NCBI RefSeq assembly: GCF_006345805.1
Contig: NC_043000.1
Coordinates: 29,884,001 to 29,948,000, forward strand
Reading direction: 5' to 3'
Source: Octopus sinensis
Taxonomy: Eukaryota
DNA: 64,000 bases
Position numbers and translations under genes: made by a program. Shown in pieces: positions 12,264 through 24,610 of the stretch. Under the pieces are notes generated by a model. That model searched no databases, had not been told where the DNA came from, and saw only the letters and a list, made by a program, of their open reading frames with translations. How positions within the stretch are numbered: the first letter of the stretch is position 1; each line of letters starts with the position of its first letter.

Positions 12264-12310
12264 CTAGAACATAGAAGATGCCCCAAGGGACACATAAACC
12301 ATATTTAAAG

Positions 12311-12934
12311 CAGTAGTTCTCAACCGTTTTTGTCTATGAAACCGTTTGACTCCTATTCTTCTTAGCCGGGCCGTCAGAGCCATTTGATGTTTCAAAATTC
12401 CAGTTATACCTTTAAAAGTAAATATTTTTTTAGGAAATGAATAAGAAATTGTGAAAATATTTTGTGTACCGTAGAAGTGTAACCAATTTACTCTTTTACC
12501 TGTTTCAGTCATTTGACAGCGGCCATGCCGGAGTACCGCCTTTTTAGTCGAACAAATCGACCCGGGACTTATTCTTTGTAAGCCTAGCATTTATTCTATC
12601 GGACTCTTTTGCCGAACAACTAAATTACGGGGACGTAAACACGCCAGCATCGGTAGTCAAAAGATAGCGGGGGACAAACACATATACATATATAATTACA
12701 TACATACATGCATACAAATATATATATATATGAAGGGCTTTTCCAGTTTCCGTCTACGAAATCTACTCACAATGATTTGGTCGGCCCGAGACTATAGTAG
12801 AAGACACCTGCTGAAGGTGCCACGCAGTGAGACTGAACCCAGAACGATGTGGTTGGTAAGCAATCTACTTACCACAGAGCTATTCCTGATATGGACCCCC
12901 TAAGTGTTATATGAACCCCGATTGAGATCCACGT
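12311..12934. mobile_element. Decayed hAT-type MITE interrupted by a SINE
   Basis: Left end CAGTAGTTCTCAACC, right end gattgagatccacgt, flanks atttaaag / cattaaag (degenerate 8-bp TSD). Confidence 0.5.
12490..12888 (-). mobile_element. SINE family B copy
   Basis: Full-length similarity to 31519-31936. Confidence 0.8.
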
Positions 12935-13144
12935 CATTAAAGGGTACTTTGGAAGGGCAATATATCAGCACCCTCCCCCTTTCTCTCTCTCTGTATTTCC
13001 CTCTAAGCTGAAGGTGTATGTATATTTCAATACCTAGCTCTATATTTCCTCTATTATTCATGAAAACCTGTACGCCATATTTCCATCTGTCTTTTCCATA
13101 GAAGACAAGGAAGCCTATATGGCTAAATTCTAACTTTTGTATAG

Positions 13145-13265
13145 GTTTAAACTGTCGCCCGGTTCAAGCCTTCCCACCCACACTTTGATGCTTTCAGTGG
13201 AATCCACGCCGTTGAAAACATTTGAGTCAAGCTTCCAGTTTGAGGATATTTTTCCATTCCACTAG
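13145..13265 (+). CDS. Candidate terminal exon (phase 2: FKLSPGSSLPTHTLMLSVESTPLKTFESSFQFEDIFPFH*)
   Basis: Acceptor with a textbook branch point (ttCTAACttttgtatag|) and a 39-codon open frame. A second acceptor at 13101 gives (E)DKEAYMAKF*. No homology recognised. Confidence 0.2.
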
Positions 13266-13729
13266 CCTCGAGGTCCTGTAACGTTTCACGATCGCTGCCT
13301 TTCTTAACGACGAAAAGTTGACTAAATGTAAAGCCGCATCTAATTTTGCTTCTAAATATTTTTCACCTTGAAGAAGAAAAAAAAAAAAGAAAAAAAGGAT
13401 TCTTTTTCAATTTAGGTGAAGAACAAAAACTAATTCGACGACTCACTTTGTAAGAACTGTATGATTTTAATTTAAATTTTCTCTGCCAATTCTATTCTGT
13501 CTGTCTTATTCTAGCGTTCTTTGAATAGATTCTACACTTGTCGTCTAGTTTTATTCATTAAACGACTCCAAGGAACAGCATGGTTTATGTCGCCACTATG
13601 TGTAATTATATATATATATTTATACACGTTTTTGTCAATATTTGCTGGTGCTGTTAATACGGAGTATTGTGAGTGTCTGCCTTTTGTTTAGAAACCTTTC
13701 GAATCATCATACATCTTTGCTACCGATTC

Positions 13730-13770
13730 TTATTATTATCACTATTATTATTATTATCATTATATTATTA

Positions 13771-13841
<71 letters not shown>

Positions 13842-14090
13842 TATTATTATTATTATTTGTGTTAATGATGTTGCTGTCATAGATTTAAGCACTGTTGAAT
13901 ATTCGTGCAGTAATTCATACAAACATAGACACACGCGTACCTACCTACCTACCTACCTACCTACCTACCTACCTATCCAACCTACCTACCTACATACATA
14001 CATACCATACATACATACATACATACATACATACATACATACAAACATACATACATACATACATAATACATACATACATACATACATACA

Positions 14091-14123
<33 letters not shown>

Positions 14124-14366
14124 TCACATATATGTATACACGCAACCGTATGCATATATTCACATGGATACAGGTTTAAACTTGCCTGCAGTAGTCACAT
14201 ATACACATGTTCACACATGCGTACGTTCGTACTTAAGAAGGTTGATGCGTGTATACATTCACATATATACATATACACACGTACATATTTTCGTCACATG
14301 CAGGCATATTCACTGAGTGTGTGTATATATATTTCCGAATACATACATACATTCATATATATATAT

Positions 14367-14403
<37 letters not shown>

Positions 14404-14650
14404 TCGACGAATCGATATAAATATAAGTATGTATATATATGTATGTATGTATATATATATATATATATGCATATATATATATGTATATATTAATATGTAT
14501 ATTTATATGCATATATATATACATGTATATGTATATATATATAGAATATAATATATATATGTATATATATGTATATGTATATATATATATTCATATACAT
14601 ATATGTATATATGCATATATGTATATATATGTATATATGTAAATGTATGT
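13730..14650. repeat. Compound microsatellites (ATT)n, (CCTA)n, (CATA)n, (TA)n
   Basis: Direct reading. Confidence 0.95.
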
Positions 14651-15186
14651 ATATATGTATGCAGGCATATTTATACAAACAGACAAACTCACGCGCAAGT
14701 CTATATGCTTGTATATGCATCTATAAAGCGTATTCAGGTGACTAAGCAATCGATACTTAAAGGACCCTGCCGTCGCGTTGTTGTGTTCACATGTTTCCTC
14801 GATGACTGCACGATATTAAAACAGTTCTCTGTGTCAATTACAATAACGATGAATACTTGATTCTTGCACCTTTTGTTTGTCGAGTCGAATGTTATTGTTG
14901 TCGATGCAGCTTTTGCAATTTTAATTGAGCTTCAAACCAAAGCTCTCTTATGTAACTCTGCATTTAACTTGGCAACAGAAGCATTTTCAAAGCCTCTACA
15001 CAGTAAACGATTATAATTGTTCCTATAAGGCAGACCCGTGGTTACAGATTTACTTGGGTGGGAAATATTATTGCGATTGTAGTGACCCCTGCATATGTGT
15101 GGTGTGCATTCTATGTTGAATCTGTCCTATATATATACAAGTCAATGAGAGAGCGTATATGTGGTTTCTTGAGCTGCTTGACATAG

Positions 15187-15345
15187 GAACCAAATGTAAA
15201 TCAAATTATATACTGCCATATTGAAAATGGAAGGTAATGTAGTTACAAATAATAATTTATTTCTAATTAGACGATATTTGACTGTATTTATTTTTATGAC
15301 AGGTGAAAGGCACAACGTTACCCTGTCGAGATTTGAATGCGGGAG
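15187..15345 (+). CDS. Candidate exon pair 15187-15233 and 15303-15345 separated by a 69-nt GT-AG intron-like segment
   Basis: AAG|gtaatg ... tttttatgacag|GTG ... GAG|gtaaag. Reads either EPNVNQIIYCHIENG(R) or, from aaaATGG at 15227, MEGERHNVTLSRFECG(R/S). Frame unresolved. Confidence 0.25.
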
Positions 15346-15504
15346 GTAAAGAACCGGAAGTACTACAGTAAGGTACTCCTTCTGGTACTCTAACGAGCCC
15401 ACCATCTCACTGTCTCACCAACCTCTCATAGTTATAATCCTTTGTAATAGGTAGACATTCCGGAGGATTTTCATATCGGGGAGAATAGAAAATGACGGCA
15501 CGTG

Positions 15505-15675
15505 GCCAAGTGGTTAAGCTGTAGCACCTACGGTCGCAAGATCGTGCTTTCGATTTCCGGTCGAGGGTGATGAGTTTTGTTCTTCACGGAAAAACTTCCT
15601 TTCATGTTGCTTTAATTCACTAACATGTAACTGAGTCACCTTGCGATGGACTGGCACCACGTTCGACGGACATAT
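15505..15675 (+). mobile_element. Decayed tRNA-derived SINE (V-domain-like gcgatggactggc tail)
   Basis: A-box-like gtggccaagtggttaag, B-box-like ttcgatttcc, tail ccttgcgatggactggcacc. Confidence 0.55.
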
Positions 15676-15759
15676 CGTGGTGCCGATCCCTTACACGCTA
15701 TGATAAACGCTATGAATTCTATGACTCGAGGTTGTAATGTCTGGTAGCTGATGATGATT

Positions 15760-15783
15760 ATGGCGAAGACGACGACGACGACA

Positions 15784-15882
<99 letters not shown>

Positions 15883-15935
15883 TTGATGATGATGAGGATG
15901 AAGATAGTAACGACAACGACGACGACAATGATGAT
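15760..15935. repeat. (ATG/GAC)n trinucleotide repeat
   Basis: Direct reading. Confidence 0.97.
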
Positions 15936-16039
15936 GGTGTTGAACTATAGAAAACTTCAAGTGTTCTCTCACCTTCCATTCCGTCAGAAGCAATCGTCAT
16001 CAGACTCTGTGACTGGATTCCAAGTGTGACCAACCAAAA

Positions 16040-16300
16040 CTATGGATATTATCCACCCTTCTCGCCTTTGGTCTACCTCTAGATTTCCTACCGGTTGGCT
16101 CGCCTCGAAAAATCCGTCGATTCTTTCCTGGGACAGTCTAATTCCATGTCCGTATTTTGAAAGCTGTCCTGTTGCACTCTGAATGCTAGTGAAACATCAC
16201 TGAAGGAAACGAAGACGTTTAAGCATCTCGGGGTCGTAGCCTCAACTGAAGGGAAGCCAGGGGCTGAAGTGGATGTTAGAACTGTAGGTGATTGCCGGAT
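16040..16300. mobile_element. RTE-type LINE fragments (both orientations)
   Basis: Minus strand reads GRKSRGRPKARRVDNI (RTE C-terminal GRP motif). Plus strand reads ETKTFKHLGVVASTEG...EVDVRT (FxYLG motif). Confidence 0.45.
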
Positions 16301-16489
16301 TATTGATTAGTGAAGTGAGAAATGATAGATATTTATATTATCCATTGATTACACTAGAATAGAAAAGAACGGAACAGAACGAGATTTGACCTCACATCAC
16401 ACATATACACTTTACATTTTTGAGTTTTCCGACTACGATATGGTTCTCTGTTGCCTAAGATTCTGGCGGCCAATTGCGTATCCGTGTGA

Positions 16490-18980
16490 TCTCAATCCCT
16501 CATATCCCTTCGATCTCATGGATTTTCACAATGCTAACTGGTCTGCAATCAACCATAATTGGTCTTTCACAGACTCCTTCACTCAAGGGAGTATTGATTC
16601 ATCATGGCAGCTATTTATTTACATTGTTACAAACATGTGTCTACACAACACCACCCTACGATCCATGAAGAAGACAAAATACGGACTAACACGTCCCAGA
16701 AAAATCACTCATGCGAAAGATAAAGAGAACGAATCAAGAAATCAACCGGCGAAAATATTGCCAGCTGCAACACTTCCACATGGCGGATATAGACTCGCTA
16801 GAATCAAGGAAACACCATCTTCAAAACTATTTGAAAAATGTTATTGACGATCAAAGAAAACCAGAAGAGAAATGGGCCATTGATAAAATAAAGATCAACC
16901 CGAAAGTGTTCTCATTCGCTAAAATGCATCAGGTTGCAGTCTCATCTGTTGAACCTCTCATTGATGAAAACAACACACTGCAAAGTGGTACAGAGGACAT
17001 GGTCGAGATTCTGCAGAAGCAATACTGCTCCGCTTTTAGCAATCCGGACATGATTAATCTGAACTGCAGTGACGAATCAAACCCTGTGCACTCCCTGTAT
17101 GATATATCGTTTGGTGTCCCAGATATCATAGCAGATATAAGTAAACTTACAAACAACTCAGCTGCATGTCCTGACAGATTCGCCGCTAAAATCCTGAAAG
17201 AATGCCGTCACCACCTCGCATTTCTCCTAAATATTCTCTGGCGGAAATCACTAGACGCTGTCTACATTCCTGATGGTTTCCTTTCTCAGTCTTCAAAAAG
17301 GGCAGCAACACCCAGGCAGTAAATTACCACCCTATCTCCCTTCTCGTCTCATCAAATTGAGAGAGTGGTGCCATCTAGAGTGACTCATTTCCTGGAAAGT
17401 AACAACCTGCTAGTTTCCGCAATGGCATGGACTGCTTTACGCAGCTCCTGCATCATTTCGACGATATCCAAAAGGCCTTGGGTGAAAGATCCAATGCAGA
17501 TGTCATATATCTTAACGTCAGCAAGGCCTTTGACAAATTTGATCACATCTTGTTCAAAAAGCTCTCCAAAATTGGAGTGCAAAGGAAACTTCTAAAGTGG
17601 TTTAAATTCTTCCTGATAAACGCAGCATGTAGAGATCAATGGTGTTCGATCAAGCATAGCAAAAGTCACCATTTATGTCCCACAAGGCACTGTATTATGC
17701 CCACTTCTGTTCCTTATCTACATAAATGACATCATCAGGGTTATTAAATACAGTAATATAAAAATTTCGCGGATGAATCTAAGCTTCTGAAAGTTGACAG
17801 GATGAGAAACCGGACAAATCTTCAATCGGACCTAGTTGCTCTTATCCAATGGGCGCAGAAACATAATATCCAATTGAACGAGAACCAGTTTCAGTTAATC
17901 CACTTCGATAAAGAGGCTGCACTTAACTATATATTCTTCCTTCGGGCGAACACCTCACGGCATCAAACACTGCTAGGAACCTCGGTGTGACTGTCGACGA
18001 TAACTTAAGTTGGAGTGTCCACATAAACAAGAAAGTCGACATGGCCCGCAGAGCGTGCTCCTGTATCCTCAGGACTTTCCAGTCTAGAGATGCTCCAACC
18101 ATTATCCTTTTTTCTTCCTTCGCCCGCCTTCCCCTTGAATACTGTTGTCCGCTATGATCTCCTTACAAGAGCCAACATATTAAAAAGCTTGAAGCACTCC
18201 AGAGATCAATTACAAAAAAATTGATGGCACGTCTGGTCTTAATTTTTGGGATCGACTCACGAATCTCAAACTGTATTCTCTTCAGTGCTACCGAGAGCGC
18301 TTTATTAAATGTATGATATGGAAATTGTTCCGACTGCATTACTCAAATGATATCGGTATCACTATTAAAATCTAAGGCGGCAACCTGGCAGAAACGTTAG
18401 CACGCCGGGCGAAATGCTTAGCGGTATTTCGTCTGCGTTACGTTCTGAGTTCAAATTCCGCCGAGGTCGACTTTGCCTTTCATCCTTTCGGGGTCGATAA
18501 ATTAAGTACCAGTTAGGCACTAGGGTCGATGTAATCGACTTAATACCTTGTCCTTGTTTGTCCCCTCTGTGTTTAGCCCCTTGTGGGTAATAAAGAAATA
18601 GGTATCACTATTAAAATCCAACCAAGGCTTGGTCCCCGTGCCATGCGTCCTCTACAGAAATCGTGCTCTCAGCACATCACAAGACAGAACTACTTCTCAA
18701 CTGGACCTGCTCTTTTTAACATCATTCCAAAACATATAAAGGGAGGAAAAAGATTTCATAAACTTTTATAAAGTTCCTGGATGAATATCTCCAACAAATT
18801 CCAGATAAACCACCTACACCCGGATATACTGCTGCAAATAACTCTTTAATGTATGGGCAATGGTGCCTAAAATAATTATACAAAAGTACATTACTAAATA
18901 TCTTTTCCAGGTGGTGCTATTAAGGTAGCTATGGTCTGGGCTAATGTGGCCGAAATTTATCTAGCATCTAAGTACCTAAG
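16490..18980 (+). mobile_element. CR1-group LINE, 5'-truncated, multiply frameshifted RT pseudogene
   Basis: Fragments DFHNANWSAIN, KINPKVFSFAK, AACPDRFAAKILKEC, DVIYLNVSKAFDKFDH, VPQGTVLCPLLFLIYIND and a degenerate FADD motif, followed by the C-terminal LEYC...IKKLEALQR and TGPALFNIIPK segments. Confidence 0.9.
18373..18600 (+). mobile_element. Young SINE family A copy nested in the CR1, with 18-bp TSD
   Basis: GGTATCACTATTAAAATC at 18355-18372 and again at 18601-18618. Confidence 0.92.
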
Positions 18981-19182
18981 TATATTTTTTTTATAGAATT
19001 CAGAGCCAGTATTGAAAATTATGATGTTTCGTATATGAATAGGTATACGTAAACAATACGACTAAAGGTAGAGAAAATAGGTAATAGGTGTATATACGTA
19101 TTTCAAGAATTACTGCTCTTTCGTCAGCACCACATCCAATCCATCAACTATCCACGAATGTATTGCTTGAATATCCACTATG

Positions 19183-19265
19183 TTTAGTAGTGTAACACCA
19201 TTGGATAGACCACTCAGTCGATTTTAGTAGTGTAACACCATTGGATAGACCACTCAGTCGATTTT
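19183..19265. repeat. Perfect 40-bp tandem duplication
   Basis: tttagtagtgtaacaccattggatagaccactcagtcgat x2. Confidence 0.95.
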
Positions 19266-19289
19266 GTCCATCGTCAAATAATATAGGCA

Positions 19290-20950
19290 CAATTGCAGAC
19301 ATTTTAAGTAATGTGGGACAATCAATATGATTAAAGTGATGTGGGATAATGAACAGTGTTAATATATTCTATAATTAAATTAATTAATATATGAGTTAAT
19401 AAATATAATTGATATTATGGATGACCAGTATAGTAAAATAAAACGCGAAATAATCAATACGTTAAAATTTTGACAGGTGATATAACCAATAGGCCAAGTG
19501 ATCAATGAAGTTAATAAGTGAGGTATATAGAGATGTTAGTTAATTAATGTAATTAATATGTGTGGTAATGACTATAATTAAGGTGTGGCCAATTAATATA
19601 ATTAATAGAGTAATCAATATTAATATATTGTGGGATAATCAATATAGTGTGATATAATCGATATATTAAAACAATTTGGGATAATTGATATAATTAATAT
19701 GTGGGCAATCAATTTAAGTAATGCATGGTCAATTAATATAATTAGCAATGTGGGGAGCTGGCCGAATGGTTTAAAAAGGCCGGACAAAATGCATAGCGGC
19801 ATTTCGTCCTTCCTCACCATCCTGATTTTTCATTCCGTCGCCGTCAACTTTGCTCTTCAACCATTCGTGGTCCAAAACACATAGTTCTTTATTGCCTACA
19901 GGGGGATAAAATAGACGAGACAAACAAGGTTTTAAATCGATTACATCCACCCCAGTGCGTAACTGGTACTTATTTAATCAGCCCCGAAAGGATGAAAGAC
20001 ATCCGACTTCGGCGGAATTTGAAATTACAATGTAACGGCAGACGAAATACCTATTTCTTTACTACCCACAAGGGGCTAAACACAGATGGGACAAACAAGG
20101 AGAGACAAACGGGTTAAGTCAATTATATCGACCCCATTGCGTAACTGGTACTTAATTTATTGACTTCGAAAGGATGAAAGGCAAAGTTGACCTCGGCGGA
20201 ATTTGAACTCAGAACGTAACGGCAGACGAAATACCTATTTCTTTATTACCCACAAGGGGCTAAACACAGATGGGACAAACAAGGAGAGACAAACGGATTA
20301 AGTCAATTATATCGACCCCAGTGCGTAACTGGTACTTAATTTATCGACCCCGAAAGGATGAAAGGCAAAGTCGACCTCAGGGAATTTGAACTGAGAACGT
20401 AGCGGCAGACGAAATACCGCTAAGCATTTCGCCCGGCGTGCTAACTTTTCTGCCAGCTCGCCACCCTCGAGGTCCAAAACACAAGTACCAGTTGAGCATT
20501 GGGGTCGATGTGATCGACTCACCCCCTCTCGCCCCGAAATTACTGTCCCTGGGCTAAAATTTGAAACCAGTTAATATAATCATTAGAGTAATTATTATCA
20601 TCAGTGTAACCGGTATGTTGTGTAAATGATTTTAATTAATGTAATGTGGGATAATTAACATAATTAATATGTGGGGTAACCAATATAATTAATAGGCAGG
20701 GGGATCAATAGCACTAATGAGGTAATCAATGTGATTAGTATAACTGATACAATGGCGATAATGTTTAATTAGTATAATTAATATATGGAGTATTGTATTT
20801 AATTAATGTGTGTCCGGTCAATATATTTAGTACATACCATAATAATATCGGATAATCAATATAACTAATATATGTTGTAATCTATATGATTAATATTATA
20901 TAGATATAATTAATTATGCGGGATAATTAATATAATAAATAATTCATTAA
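19290..20950. repeat. Old degenerate ~27-bp AT-rich minisatellite, split by nested SINEs
   Basis: Recurring atgtgggataat(c/t)aatat(a/g)attaat-like motif in 19290-19750 and 20575-20950. Confidence 0.6.
19882..20470 (-). mobile_element. SINE family A trimer inserted into an older plus-strand SINE, 13-bp TSD
   Basis: Anchor gacgaaatac at 20041, 20225 and 20408 (periods 184 and 183). GGTCCAAAACACA at 19869-19881 and 20471-20483. Confidence 0.9.
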
Positions 20951-20989
20951 TCGAATAGGCGCAGATGTGACTGTGTGGTAAGAAGCATG

Positions 20990-22200
20990 CGTCCGCTTCC
21001 GGTTGTGTCAGTGCTGTTCTTACACTTCAGAAGTCGCCACGCTGTTGTACAGCTGGCGAAATATTGATTGAAAAAGAAGACTTTTGATTTTTGGGTCCAG
21101 TACGGTTTGTTGTTTGCTGTATTATATTTTGTACAAACAAGAAATCCTCACTGGATTCTGGACTCTGGTCTGCCTACAGTTGGGCAAAATTGTTCACTTT
21201 TCAGTGAATTATTTCGGTGGGCGGATCCTCTGCCGCCATAAACTGTGGACTTTTTTTTGCTGCTGTGAAAAAATGTTCTTTGTTGTGTAATTACCATTTA
21301 ATGATAAATTAAATTTTGTTTCTGCTACTGTGTTCCCGACTCGACTGGAATGCCTTTTTTGGAAACTACAAGGGGCCAGGAGTACCGGTTGGCCGGAATT
21401 TAACTTTTTGAAGAAGCTGTTGCAGTGATTTGAACTATCACAGCGCAAAGAACTGTCGTTGTGCTGAACTGTTTTTTCATTTCTTCTTATCTTTTCTGTC
21501 TTTATGTTTTTCTCTTGTCTTCTTTTTAATTGTTTTTTTATATTTTGTTTTTAATTCTTTACTTTTCATATTTTTTGTTGAACTAATAAGACAACTTTTT
21601 TTTAAAAAAAGCATAGTGGAAAAGAATGCCATGGAGTGGGAGATTATCCCACTGAAAGAGTGGATTAAACAACAAGAGGAGAAGACGGTGGTGTTGAGAA
21701 CATATTCGTGTTCTCCAAAGAAGTAATAGAAGAAGAGTTTGAGGACTATCTACCAACTGTGAAGTTTATTGCCCGGGGTGACGGAAATGCGACGATTTCG
21801 TTGCTATTTGACACACCGGAAGAGGCTCGCATTTTTGCGAGCCAACCCCTGGAGGGCAATAAAATTTTGTTTCTTCTCACGTATTGTGGGAGGAAACTGA
21901 CACGAGCTTGGGTTTGTGAATTTCCACCGAATTTAAAACCAGGCTGAATAGAGCACACTATCCGGCGGGGTTTGGGTGGAAGCGGCACTAAGCTCCTTAA
22001 TGTTGAATTACTACCTGTGGCTGATTAGGTCGGGTCAAAGGCAATTTTGACTCTATGGATCCAGTCAGAGGAAAAAAAATGGAAACAAGACATTGCCGGC
22101 AGTTGGTAACACAATACCGGAATGTCCCGGAACTTCGTCGGTGGGAATTGTGCACATGTTCAGGAAATATCGATTTGATGGGACGAGTGACCTGTTGTAC
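20990..22200 (+). mobile_element. L1/Tx1-type LINE 5' region (5' UTR + decayed ORF1)
   Basis: Frameshifted segments EWEIIPLKEWIKQQEEKTVVLRTYS / EVIEEEFEDYLPTVKFIARG...SLLFDTPEEARIFASQPL...RAWVCEFPPNL resemble RRM-type ORF1 proteins. Family assignment is by resemblance only. Confidence 0.5.
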
Positions 22201-22348
22201 AATATATACATTTGCTCATAATAAACAAATCATTTGTGCTTCGACGGAAGAGTACACCATTTTATATTACACACACACACATGTATTAATTTCAAAATTT
22301 GGCACAAGGCCAGCACTTTCGGGTGATGGATCAAGGCGTTCAATTGTA

Positions 22349-23276
22349 TTAGGTCATCCCATAAAGAACGCGGTTTTATTTATACTTCTGTTATTTTTCA
22401 AAATGAAGATAAACAAAGTTTTTTTGGGAAATCTAAAATATACTCTCCTTCATTTTCTACAATGCTCTTCCATCTTTCTGGTAGACTTGCAAGGCGCCTC
22501 TTCAAAAATTCACTTATCCGTGACGAAAAATACTCCTCCACTACTGTTCTGACCTCGTCTACAGAATGCATATTTTTTCCGTCCAAATAATCTTGAAGAT
22601 TGCAGAATAAATGATAATCAAATAGGACAATGTCCTGCGAATATGGCAGTTGGGGCATCGTACCCCATTCAAACTGCTCTAGTTTCTGGAATGTCATCCT
22701 CGCTATATGTGGCCGCGCGATTAGCCTCGGAAAGTTTGTGAAGAACCCTTTGACCCAACTTGCTGACTTCCGATGGCGTGCAGGTGTTGACGAATGATTG
22801 AATTACCAATTCCAAGCTTCTCTGCTAGTTCCTCAACAGTTACGATGATATTTTGGTCCACCAGGGTTTGCGAGACGTCTTTGTCGAGCTCTACAAATCT
22901 TTCAGAATGAGATTTGTCTCCTAGGCTGTAGTTTCCAGCTCGGAATATTTGGAACCACCGTTGACACTGGCTTACGCTTATTGTCTGATCCCCATATACT
23001 GCATTAATATTCCTCGCACTTTCCGTTGTATTGTCTTTATAGAACTCATAAAACAAAATATGCCGAATATGCTCCTTTGTCACTTCCATTATTGCTTTGA
23101 AACAATAACAGTTAAAATCGAACTGCACTTTTCAAAACTTGCACTAAGAATAAGGACCAAATAAAAATTACTACCTGCTTTTCTAGCAAGTTGATGCAGG
23201 TAGTTTATCTCGTCCCTACTCCAACCTTTAATTCATGCAATTGAAAAAATTCTGCATTATTTATGTGATGGCCCAA
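22349..23276 (-). mobile_element. Mariner element, internally deleted (928 bp)
   Basis: TIRs ttaggtcatcccataaa / tttatgtgatggcccaa with TA on both sides. HTH region MEVTKEHIRHILFYEF...QCQRWF (22721-23128) joined to the C-terminal PYSQDIVLFDYHLF...GEY (22398-22697). The central catalytic region is missing. Confidence 0.92.
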
Positions 23277-23414
23277 TACTTATTTTCTCGACTCCGAAAG
23301 AATGAAAGGCAAGGGTCGACCTCGGCAGAATTAGAACTGAGAAAGTAGCGACGTACAAAATTCTGCTAAACCTTTTGTCCAGCGTGGTAACGATTCTGCG
23401 AGCTCGCTCGATGC

Positions 23415-23460
<46 letters not shown>

Positions 23461-23549
23461 ATGTGTGTGTGTATACATATAATACATATATATGTATGTA
23501 TATACATATATATATACATACATACACACACACATACACACACACACAC

Positions 23550-23583
<34 letters not shown>

Positions 23584-23660
23584 CATACATATATATCATA
23601 TATATATATATATGATGTTATATATATATATTTATACATATGTATATATGTATATATATA
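23415..23660. repeat. (TG)n/(CA)n/(TA)n microsatellites
   Basis: Direct reading. Confidence 0.95.
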
Positions 23661-23699
23661 ACTTGGGCCGTGTTATATATGTGTATATATAACTTGGGC

Positions 23700-24610
23700 C
23701 GTGACTGCTGAGGATATGCGTAAGATCGCAAGAAATGAAGCCAGTATGCTCCGATGGATGTGTAATGTCAGTGTTCATACTCGACAGAGTGTAAGTACCT
23801 TGAGAGAAAAGTTGGACCTAAGAAGCATCAGTTGTGGTGTGCAAGAGAGGCGTTTGCGCTGGTATGGTCATGTAGCAAGAATGGATGAAGATAGTTGTGT
23901 GAAAAAGTGCCACACCCTGGCGGTTGAGGGAACCTGTGGAAGAGGTAGACCCAGGAAAACCTGGGACGAGGTGGCGAAGAACGACCTTCGAACTTTAGGT
24001 CTCACCGAGGAAATGACCAGAGACTGAGACCTTTGGAAGTATGCTCTGCATGGGAAGAACCGGCAGGACAAGTGAGACCATAACCCGTGGCCGCTACCTG
24101 GGATGTAGCCAGCCCACTTATGCATACCTTTCCTTCCTGTGACACAAACCCTACTTGTGAAGACCTGTTGAGGCAAGTGAAAATTGAAATGGAAAGCGTT
24201 CAACATCAATAGAAATTGTAGATAAGATACCAGTGCCGGTGGCACGTAAGAGAACCATCCGAACGTGGCCGTTGCCAGCGCCGCCCCAACTGGCCTCTGT
24301 GCCGGTGGCAAGTAAATACACCATCCGATCGTGGCCGTTGCCAGCCTCGTCTGGCCCCCGTGCCGGTGGCACGTAAAAAGCACCATCCGATCGTGGCCGT
24401 TTGCCAGCCTCGTCTGGCACCTGTGCAGGTGGCACATAATAAGCACCCACTACACTCCCGGAGTGGTTGGCGTTAGGAAGGGCATCCAGCTGTAGAAACA
24501 CTGCCAGATCAGACTGGGCCTGCCGCAGCCTTCTGGCTTACCAGACCCCATTTGAACCGTCCAACCCATGCTAGCATGGAAAACGAACATTAAACGATGA
24601 TGATGATGAT
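23700..24610 (+). mobile_element. 5'-truncated RTE-clade LINE with repeat-bearing 3' UTR and (GAT)n tail
   Basis: ORF 23701-24027 MLRWMCNVS...RRLRWYGHVARM...GRGRPRKTW. About 3.5 copies of a ~60-66-bp repeat (24232-24450). Ends cattaaacgatgatgatgatgat. Confidence 0.9.

Noticed and set aside
15142-15405. GPCR-like hydrophobic translation on the minus strand (also 8221-8520)
   Set aside because: No diagnostic motifs (GN, LAxxD, DRY, NPxxY); hydrophobicity is expected from T-rich DNA.
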